From a virus (taxonomy: Duplodnaviria; Caudoviricetes), in IMG/VR virus record IMGVR_UViG_3300030433_000473, positions 1-26,543 of that record: a stretch of 26,543 nt of DNA. The stretch is one strand, 5' to 3'. Every line of letters begins with the position of its first letter. The first letter of the stretch is position 1. The translations under genes and the position numbers were made by a program. Below, piece after piece: positions 14,589-22,167 of the stretch. The notes under the pieces are model-generated. The model was not told where the DNA came from and did not search any database. It was given only the letters and a program-made list of their open reading frames with translations.

Positions 14589-14679
14589 AACAGATAACCC
14601 TCTGGGCCTGTTTGGCGTGTAGAAATACACCGGGCGTGGACGTATCCACGAAGCCAAAGGCCGGAACTCCCGACAACCT
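14589..14679 (+). ncRNA. Candidate structured 5' leader RNA of the major capsid gene
   Basis: Three-way junction with a GAAA tetraloop hairpin, flanked by two hairpins carrying the same AYAA/C internal loop. Pairings were found by eye. Confidence 0.6.
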
Positions 14680-14725
14680 ATTACGGCGACAAATTTAACT
14701 GGTTCAATAATAGGAGCTATAAATT

Positions 14726-15574
14726 ATGTCTACGAACCTATCTCCGGCGTTCGTCCAGCTATTTGAAGCGGAAGTACATCAAGCATACCAAGGTGCTGCT
14801 GTTCTCCGTGGGGCTGCACGTACACGCACAGGTGTGACGGGAGACACCGTAAAATTCCCGAAAGTTGGTAAAGGGTCAGCAACAGTTCGTGTACCACAAA
14901 CTGATGTAACCCCAATTAATGCCGCATTTTCACAAGTATCCGTAAGCATGACTGACTACGTTGCTGCTGAATACAGTGACATTTTCAATCAACAAAAAGT
15001 TAACTTTGACGAGCGTCAAGAGTTGGCTCAAGTTGTTGGTAATGCTATTGGACGCCGTGAAGACCAAATCATCATTGATGCACTAAACGCCGCATCTGCT
15101 GGTTCTACAGTTGCTAAAACTGTGGTGACCTCTGGTTCGGCTGCTGCTTCAAACTTAAATGTTGGTAAAATATTAGCGGCAAAAAAAGCATTGGACGCGA
15201 AAAACGTTCCAGCAACAGACCGTCATTTTGTAATTCATGCAAATAACTTGTCTGGTTTGCTTGGTGATGAACGTGCAATTTCGAGTGATTTTCAGACGGT
15301 CCAAGCCTTAGTAAGCGGAAGCGTCAATTCTATGCTAGGCTTTCAATTCCATATTGTAGGTGACCGTGATGAAGGTGGCTTACCGTTGGCAACTGCTGAT
15401 AGAACTTGTTTTGCTTTCCATCGTTCAGCACTTGGTGTTGGTGTTGGTATCGCTCCAAAGACAGAAATTCATTACATTGCTGAGAAAACGTCTTTCTTGG
15501 TAACTGCAATGCTCTCTATGGGTGCGGGTGCTATCGACACAGACGGCATCGTTGATGTGATTTGTGAAGAGTAA
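14726..15574 (+). CDS. Major capsid protein (T7 gp10/Bbp17-like HK97 fold)
   Basis: AGGAG RBS, position after the scaffold, F...V..AYQ, FPK.G, A.GRR.DQ.II.AL, SSDF and LGF.F motifs. Confidence 0.93.
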   Translation: MSTNLSPAFVQLFEAEVHQAYQGAAVLRGAARTRTGVTGDTVKFPKVGKGSATVRVPQTDVTPINAAFSQVSVSMTDYVAAEYSDIFNQQKVNFDERQELAQVVGNAIGRREDQIIIDALNAASAGSTVAKTVVTSGSAAASNLNVGKILAAKKALDAKNVPATDRHFVIHANNLSGLLGDERAISSDFQTVQALVSGSVNSMLGFQFHIVGDRDEGGLPLATADRTCFAFHRSALGVGVGIAPKTEIHYIAEKTSFLVTAMLSMGAGAIDTDGIVDVICEE

Positions 15575-15585
15575 GGAGAGATATC

Positions 15586-15870
15586 ATGGCATTTTCAAGC
15601 ACAGGTTTTTCCGCTTTAGGTGGTCAAAGCATGAGAGGTACGGTTCCCGCACTCTATTGCTATACCACTACGGACGCACATACAGTTGTTGATGGCTCCG
15701 GCTACTTCAACGATTTGTCAGACACACTAGTTGTTGGCGATATGATTATCGTCCACGGTGCAACTGGTGGCACAAGAACGATTACAATGCACGTTGTAGT
15801 CAGTAACGCTTCTGGCGTTGTTGATATGTCAGACGGCACTGTAATCGCTGTGGTGACTGACGGCGACTAA
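15586..15870 (+). CDS. Putative capsid decoration/minor head protein
   Basis: AAGGAG RBS, directly after the capsid gene, Y.T.D....V...GYFN.....L..GD.I motif. Confidence 0.7.
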   Translation: MAFSSTGFSALGGQSMRGTVPALYCYTTTDAHTVVDGSGYFNDLSDTLVVGDMIIVHGATGGTRTITMHVVVSNASGVVDMSDGTVIAVVTDGD

Positions 15871-15876
15871 TTTGGT

Positions 15877-15896
15877 TGGGGGCGGTTACGCCCCCA
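15877..15896 (+). terminator. GC-rich hairpin without a U tract (pause, stabiliser or weak terminator)
   Basis: TGGGGGCG-GTTA-CGCCCCCA between the head and tail genes. Confidence 0.5.
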
Positions 15897-15918
15897 CCCC
15901 TAACTCAAGGAGACACTT

Positions 15919-16551
15919 ATGGCGTCTGGCGATACTAACGTAGGTATATGCAACAAAGCCCTTATTTTCCTTGGGGCTAATTCTATTACTAGTTTTACAG
16001 ATGGTACTGCGGCGGCAAATGCTTGTAACGCTATCTATGACGAAGTAAAGCTTTCAACTCTGGCAATGTATTCTTGGTCGTTTACTGTGGCTAAGTCTAC
16101 TTTAACGAGACAAGTTACTACACCTACCTCTGAGTGGACTTATCAATTTACACTTCCTTCTGATATGCTTACGGGCGTTCCAAGAGCAGTTCGAGCTAGC
16201 ACTACTGCTGGGTCTCCTCTTATAACAAATTGGGAGATTGGGCAGTCTAGCACGGGTGGCGCGGTTTTGTTTTCAGACGAAACATCCATTACAATAGATT
16301 ACCAAAAGTCCATCGGTGAAGGTAATATGCCGACGTACTTTGTAACACTCCTGGCTTATCAGCTTGCGTGGCATTTAGCTGAAACAATTACGGATCAATC
16401 TGCTAAAGCTGACTTGTGGAGAGGAATAGCTTTAGGCTCTCCAGCCGAGGGTATGCGTGGTGGTTATTTTCGTCAGGCTGTGAGCATTGATAGTGCGGGT
16501 CAAACACCTCAAGTTATTAGTGATTATATGCTGACGGAGCTTCGCGGTTGA
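15919..16551 (+). CDS. Tail tubular protein A / adaptor (T7 gp11-like)
   Basis: ICNKAL..LG...I.SF, W.F, Y.F.LP.D and F...L...LA..LA motifs. Confidence 0.85.
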   Translation: MASGDTNVGICNKALIFLGANSITSFTDGTAAANACNAIYDEVKLSTLAMYSWSFTVAKSTLTRQVTTPTSEWTYQFTLPSDMLTGVPRAVRASTTAGSPLITNWEIGQSSTGGAVLFSDETSITIDYQKSIGEGNMPTYFVTLLAYQLAWHLAETITDQSAKADLWRGIALGSPAEGMRGGYFRQAVSIDSAGQTPQVISDYMLTELRG

Positions 16552-18614
16552 GTTCATTCCAAGCATATCAAGCAAGCTTCACAGGCGGGGAAATGGACCC
16601 GTTGTTGCGTGGTCGCACTGACTTGCAGCAATATTATTCAAGTGTGGCTATAGCTGATAATGTGCTTTTTGAACCTCAAGGGGGATTTTCTAGACGCCCC
16701 GGTCTTAGATTTTTACTAGATATAACTGCTGATAATCCAGCTTCAGGTGTTTTGCTTATACCTTTTGAATTTAGCACGACACAAAATTTTATGATTGTTG
16801 CAAGCGTTTATGCGTCAACGACAATTAGATTTAGATTTTTTGCAGATCAGGTTTTGCTTACAAACATCAACGGCTCTGGAAATAGCTATTTAGATTTCAA
16901 TGTTGGTACGCTGTTCGGCGGCGGTTCAATAGATATGGATAAAACATATTTTACTCAATCTGCTGATACGTTGATTATAGTAAACGAGAACTTTGAACCT
17001 TTCAAAGTTTTAAGGGGTGCTAACAATACGACTTGGACAGCTTCAACTCTAAGCTTAACAAAACCCAAATCAGGTTTTACTCTAAGCACTTCAAACCCTG
17101 CTGGAACAATTACGGCGTCTGCGGTTACTGGTGCCATAACAATAACAGCAAGCTCAAGTGTATTTACCTCTTCTCATGTTGATCAGTTCATAAATGTTTT
17201 GAATGGTTTTGGTCGAGCTAGAATAACAAAACACAACTCAGGAACTGTTGTTGAAGCTGTTACGGAAATACCCTTTTTTGGCACATCTGCTATAGCTAAT
17301 GGAGATTGGGAGCTAGAAACGGGTTATGAAGATGCTTTTAGCTCAACAAGAGGCCACCCAAGAACGTGTAGCTTTCATGAGGGGCGTTTGTACTTTGGTG
17401 GCTCTGCCTCTGAACCCTCTACTTTATTTGGCTCAAAGGTTGGCGATTTTTTTAACTTTAAACCCGCCGAGGGTTTAGACGATGACGCTATTAAGGTTAC
17501 GCTTACAACTGATAGTGTGAACGCAATAACAGCCTTACGTTCTGGGCGTGACTTGCAAATCTTTACGTCTGGTGCAGAGTTTTTTATTCCACAAGCTGAC
17601 CTAGACCCAATTACACCATCAAACATAACGGTAAAGTCGGCAACTCGTAGAGGTTCTAAGTTTGGTATTAGGCCGCAAGCTGCTGAAGGCGGTACCTTAT
17701 TTATTCAACGTCAGGGCAAAGCTCTGCGCGAAATGCTATTTAGTGACGTAGAATTAAGCTATGTAGCTAACAATGTGTCGCTGCTTAACTCGCACCTTCT
17801 CCTAGACCCTCAACGCATGGCTCTCAGAAATGCCACAGATACGACTGAGGGTGACTTGTTAATGATTGTAAACGGTACAACGACAACGGGTTATAGAGCG
17901 GCGTCTATTGGGCTTGCGGGTACAATTACAGCTTACATGTTAAACAGAGCGCAACAGATTGTTGCCCCTGCTGTTTGGACAACCGACGGTGTTTTTTGTG
18001 ATATAGGTGTGGACCTTGACACAATCTACACAGTTGTAAAAAGAACGATAGGCGGTGCTACAAAATACTATCTGGAAGTATTTGACGATGACAGAACAAC
18101 AGACTCAGCACTTCAGTATTTTTCAGGTGCAACAAGTCCAGACCAATCTTTGCCGGGTAGCACTACGGCTGGAAGTCTTTCACATTTAGAGGGTAAAACT
18201 GTTAAGGTCATTCGGGATGATATAGTTGACCCTGACCGAACAGTTAGCTCTGGAAACGTAACACTAGCCGCAACTGCTAGTTCATATGTTGAAGTTGGTT
18301 TAAATTTTAGTGTTGAGGTAACCACACAACCTGTAGAGCTACGGTTACCAACAGGCTCCATGCAATCAACTCTTCGACGTATTCTAGAAGTTAGCCCGGT
18401 TATGTATCAAACCCAAAACCTGACCGTAGCAGGGCAAGAAGTGCCAACACAAGAAACTGTGTCTGGATCAGGTGGAGCGGTAGCGTTTACGGGCATAAAA
18501 ACTTTAGAGGGGTTAACTGGGTATTCATTAGGTGGACAGGTTACAATTTCTCAAGACCAACCTCTTTTTATGACGGTTTTAAGTTTAGATTATAAAGTGA
18601 GTACAGGACAATGA
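16548..18614 (+). CDS. Tail tubular protein B / nozzle (T7 gp12 / P22 gp10-like)
   Basis: TTG start with GGAG RBS. Q.SF.GGE.DP.L.GR.DL, GG..RRPG, G.P....F.E.RL.F.G and LFIQR.G..LRE motifs. Confidence 0.88.
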   Translation: MSSFQAYQASFTGGEMDPLLRGRTDLQQYYSSVAIADNVLFEPQGGFSRRPGLRFLLDITADNPASGVLLIPFEFSTTQNFMIVASVYASTTIRFRFFADQVLLTNINGSGNSYLDFNVGTLFGGGSIDMDKTYFTQSADTLIIVNENFEPFKVLRGANNTTWTASTLSLTKPKSGFTLSTSNPAGTITASAVTGAITITASSSVFTSSHVDQFINVLNGFGRARITKHNSGTVVEAVTEIPFFGTSAIANGDWELETGYEDAFSSTRGHPRTCSFHEGRLYFGGSASEPSTLFGSKVGDFFNFKPAEGLDDDAIKVTLTTDSVNAITALRSGRDLQIFTSGAEFFIPQADLDPITPSNITVKSATRRGSKFGIRPQAAEGGTLFIQRQGKALREMLFSDVELSYVANNVSLLNSHLLLDPQRMALRNATDTTEGDLLMIVNGTTTTGYRAASIGLAGTITAYMLNRAQQIVAPAVWTTDGVFCDIGVDLDTIYTVVKRTIGGATKYYLEVFDDDRTTDSALQYFSGATSPDQSLPGSTTAGSLSHLEGKTVKVIRDDIVDPDRTVSSGNVTLAATASSYVEVGLNFSVEVTTQPVELRLPTGSMQSTLRRILEVSPVMYQTQNLTVAGQEVPTQETVSGSGGAVAFTGIKTLEGLTGYSLGGQVTISQDQPLFMTVLSLDYKVSTGQ

Positions 18615-19084
18615 CGGCACCCTTATTTCAATTAGTTGGAGCGGCATTGAGCGGCTTGGCACAAGTTAGAGCAGCCCAAGCACAGCAAGTACAATATGAA
18701 ATGAAAGCTCGTAATGAGGTTATTCAAGCTCGGACTGATGCGGTTAATTATAAAAAAGAAGGCAACGAGCGTATGCAAGAACTGCTTGTAGCAATGTCTA
18801 GTTCTGTTGCTCGTAGTGCTGCGGGTGGTCTTGACCCCTATGGCGCAATGGAAACGAAAGACTTGATAAATCTTAACTCGATGAAAATGGCTGGTATGGA
18901 TTTAAGAAGCCTTAACTTAAATGCTGAAAGTGCAATCTTACGAGGTGAGGCTAACGCCCAACAAGCACGAATGGCTGGTGATGCTGCGGTGAGGTATGCC
19001 AAAGTTGCAGCTTTTTCTAACTTTGCAACAACAACGGCTGATGTCATGGCAAGCGGTCAACCTATTTTACCTAAGAGGGCATAG
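18611..19084 (+). CDS. Internal virion (ejection) protein, gp14-like
   Basis: Ala/Gln-rich helical sequence with the A..AAGG.D motif, located after the nozzle gene. Confidence 0.7.
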   Translation: MTAPLFQLVGAALSGLAQVRAAQAQQVQYEMKARNEVIQARTDAVNYKKEGNERMQELLVAMSSSVARSAAGGLDPYGAMETKDLINLNSMKMAGMDLRSLNLNAESAILRGEANAQQARMAGDAAVRYAKVAAFSNFATTTADVMASGQPILPKRA

Positions 19085-20872
19085 ATGGCAGAGAGCGTAC
19101 GATATCAAGGACGCCGGGTAGCACTTAGAATACCTGATGCACAAGCGTTTGAGGCTCAAGCCATAGAGCGTGGCATGGGTCAGCTTCAGCGGTCTCTTAA
19201 CCGTATGACTAGCTTCTTTGCAGAACAAAGCCGAGTTCAAGCAAAGATAAAGGGTGAAGAGTACGGAGCGGCTAATGCCCCTACCCTTGAGCAAATACAA
19301 GCAGCTAAAGAAACGGGTGAAGAACTTAAATTGCCCGGTAATAACAATACATTATATGGTCGAGCGGCACGACAGGCGGCGGCAACGGTTGTGTCTTCTG
19401 AGTTAGAGCTTGCGGCGCATCAAGAAATGAACGCTGCTATATTAGACTTTAAAACTAGAGAAGCTAACCCGGCTGGCCTACAAGATAAGCTAGACGCAAT
19501 CATATTAGGATATTCTTCTACGTTTGAGGAAACTGTTCCTTCTATGGCTAGAAGCATGAAGGCTAAGTTATCTCTTAATGCTCAAACTAAGTATGCAAAC
19601 TATCACAGCGCATATATTACAAACCAACAAGAAAAATCTAGAGCATCTTGGATAGCAAACAGTAGTCTAGAATTTGATAATTTACCTAACCTTTTTAGAG
19701 TTGGCATTGTTGAAAAAGACCAAAAAGGGAATGAGATAACAAGACCAGTCAAACCTGAAGACATTGCTCTTTTTAAATTTAATAAATTAAACGAAATGAA
19801 AAATCTTAATTTTTCTGAAGGGCAAATTAACTCTTGGTCAACTGGTTTTGATGCACAAGTATTAGCGTCGGCTAAATCAAATTTATCAGATACTGTTTTA
19901 AAATCTTCAAAGGCTCCTCAAATTATAAAACAAATACAAGCAAGCAAGATTGAGGCTTTGCCAGAAAATATAAAAGTTCCGATACAAATACTGCAAAATG
20001 GTGATGTTTCTCTTAACGATATAGCTAGAGAGTTACGAACTGGTCTATCTGAGCAAATAAATTTTGAAAATAAACTTGAGGAAAATCAAAATAAAAACAC
20101 TGAGGACAATGAGCAAATTTTTACAAATCGCGCTAAAAAAGCTATTATGATTGGAGATACAGGAGAATTTCAACAAGCTATTCAATCACTTAGTCAAACG
20201 AACGAAGCGGCGGCTCTTGAGTTAGAAAGAGAATTTCTTGAGGCTGGTATGCGTCGCACAATAAGTGAGCCAAGGGCGCAAAACTTTCTAATTGATAAGG
20301 GCGACAATATTACGATTGACGACGTTGTTTCTGTAGCAAATTTGTTGAGCAATGAAGACCGAGTAAAATTTTCTAATAAAGCAGATGAAGTTCAAAACAA
20401 AGAAACTAAAGAAGCTATTAGTATTATGCGTGGGCGTTTTTTATTGCCTCCAGGTTACGAGCCAGCATCTAGCAAAGACCCTAATTTTAAAAAGGCAACG
20501 GCGTTTGCTAGGCTTGTAGGTCGATTAACGGACAAAGTTCAAGATGCAAGAAGACAGGGTAAAGATATAGATGCAACGGCTGAAGTAAATTTACTAATTG
20601 CTGAAATGGGTCAAGAATTTGATAACGTTATAAACGAAATTGTTAAAAAATCTGCGGTAGATGTTTTAGAAAAATATATCCCGACTACAGAACAGGATTT
20701 AAGTGAACTTTCTTCTGGTTTGTCTTATTTAAAAGAACTGAGGTCAAAGGTTGTTAGTGATGGTAGAGAAGCTTATCCAATACTTTTGCGTCGTGGTGGT
20801 TTGACACAAGCAGATATTATCAAAAAATTAAACAGAGAAATTAAAGCTATTGAAAAGGCTATAGGTGGATGA
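19085..20872 (+). CDS. Internal virion (ejection) protein, gp15-like
   Basis: Long helical protein with G..YGA.NAPT motif, in the expected position. Confidence 0.65.
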   Translation: MAESVRYQGRRVALRIPDAQAFEAQAIERGMGQLQRSLNRMTSFFAEQSRVQAKIKGEEYGAANAPTLEQIQAAKETGEELKLPGNNNTLYGRAARQAAATVVSSELELAAHQEMNAAILDFKTREANPAGLQDKLDAIILGYSSTFEETVPSMARSMKAKLSLNAQTKYANYHSAYITNQQEKSRASWIANSSLEFDNLPNLFRVGIVEKDQKGNEITRPVKPEDIALFKFNKLNEMKNLNFSEGQINSWSTGFDAQVLASAKSNLSDTVLKSSKAPQIIKQIQASKIEALPENIKVPIQILQNGDVSLNDIARELRTGLSEQINFENKLEENQNKNTEDNEQIFTNRAKKAIMIGDTGEFQQAIQSLSQTNEAAALELEREFLEAGMRRTISEPRAQNFLIDKGDNITIDDVVSVANLLSNEDRVKFSNKADEVQNKETKEAISIMRGRFLLPPGYEPASSKDPNFKKATAFARLVGRLTDKVQDARRQGKDIDATAEVNLLIAEMGQEFDNVINEIVKKSAVDVLEKYIPTTEQDLSELSSGLSYLKELRSKVVSDGREAYPILLRRGGLTQADIIKKLNREIKAIEKAIGG

Positions 20873-22167
20873 ATCTATTAGAAGCTAGAAGACAATCGCA
20901 CGACATACGAAATGCTGTAACGTACGACATAAGATTTGGTAATGACGGCGTTGTCTTAGAGCCTGACAATACTTTTGCTAACATGATGGGCGGCATGACT
21001 ACACCTGAACAAACTGGTGAAGACTTGTTTGGTTTCACTGGTGCAGACGTTGTAGATACAGCTAAAGCTGCTGGTCGTGCGGTTGCCGGAGGCGTACAAG
21101 ATACGGCCTTGGGTGTTGTTGATTTAGCTGATGACATAGTAAATTTTTTAAATACAAACATAGAACCTACCTTAAATTTTAAAAGAAGACCTGAAGGTTA
21201 TCAGCCACCTGAAGGCGAAGTTAATATGAAAGAATTATTAGATGCTGGGCTTCAAGAGCTTGGTGTAAAGGTTCCTCAAGGAGATAGCCCGGTTGAGGCT
21301 TTGTCTAGAAGCTTAGTGCAGTTTGGTGCTGGTATGGCTGTTGCGCCTATCCGTGGCGTTGGGTTTGCTAACACAATGTTGCGTGGGGGTTTTGCTGACG
21401 CATTGTTTGACCCAGAAGAAGGTAACCTTTCTACGCTTTTAAAAGAGTTTGGTTTAGATAATGCAGTTCTTGATTTCTTAGATAGTAAAGTTGATGAGGA
21501 AGCTTCTGCTGAAGAGCGATTAACCGCGAGAATGAAACAAGCTTTAGAGGGTACTGGGATTGCGTTACCTATAGACCTTATTGTTGATGGTTTTAAAGCT
21601 GTGCGTTCTGACGAAGGTGCTACTAAAATAATCCGTAATAAACTGTCAACTGTTAAAGAAAGACTAACGCAGCCCGGTGATATGCCTACGGTTGGTAGCA
21701 CTGGTGGAAATATAGGCGTTGATACTTCTTACAGAATGCAGCATCAGCCCAATGAAGAAGGTGCGCCACTTTTTGACATGACAGGAGGTGGATTTTTTCC
21801 TGATGACATATATTCATCTAATGGTTTAAGGTTTTACGGAAACCCAAAGAATGAATTTGATAGAGAAAGCTATGAAATAATACAAAAGGTAAGAGGCAAC
21901 CCAGAAGCAGAAGTTACTATCTATAGAGCAGTTCCAAACGAAGATAGCATATCTACTATTAACCCCGGTGATTTTGTAACAATAAGCAAAAAATATGCAG
22001 AATTACATGGGGAAAGTGGTTATGGAAAAGATGGAACTGACAAAGGTAAAATTTTAAGCATTAAAGTAAAAGCAAAAGATTTAAGGTCTGAAGGTAACGA
22101 CTTAAATGAATTTGGTTATTTTCCAAAAAGTGTACAAAAACCAGACGATATTAAGGAGCCTAACTAA
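20869..22167 (+). CDS. Internal virion protein with C-terminal ADP-ribosyltransferase-like domain
   Basis: N-terminal LFDPEEGNLS...RL.AR...LEG ejection-protein motif. C-terminal IYRAVP...INPGDFVTIS..YA..HG...NEFGY. Confidence 0.65.
   Translation: MNLLEARRQSHDIRNAVTYDIRFGNDGVVLEPDNTFANMMGGMTTPEQTGEDLFGFTGADVVDTAKAAGRAVAGGVQDTALGVVDLADDIVNFLNTNIEPTLNFKRRPEGYQPPEGEVNMKELLDAGLQELGVKVPQGDSPVEALSRSLVQFGAGMAVAPIRGVGFANTMLRGGFADALFDPEEGNLSTLLKEFGLDNAVLDFLDSKVDEEASAEERLTARMKQALEGTGIALPIDLIVDGFKAVRSDEGATKIIRNKLSTVKERLTQPGDMPTVGSTGGNIGVDTSYRMQHQPNEEGAPLFDMTGGGFFPDDIYSSNGLRFYGNPKNEFDRESYEIIQKVRGNPEAEVTIYRAVPNEDSISTINPGDFVTISKKYAELHGESGYGKDGTDKGKILSIKVKAKDLRSEGNDLNEFGYFPKSVQKPDDIKEPN

Noticed and set aside
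15540-15600. T7 gp10B-style -1 frameshift from the capsid gene into 15586-15870
   Set aside because: The downstream ORF is in the -1 frame, but that frame has TGA at 15565-15567, there is no slippery site after it, and the ORF has its own AAGGAG RBS.
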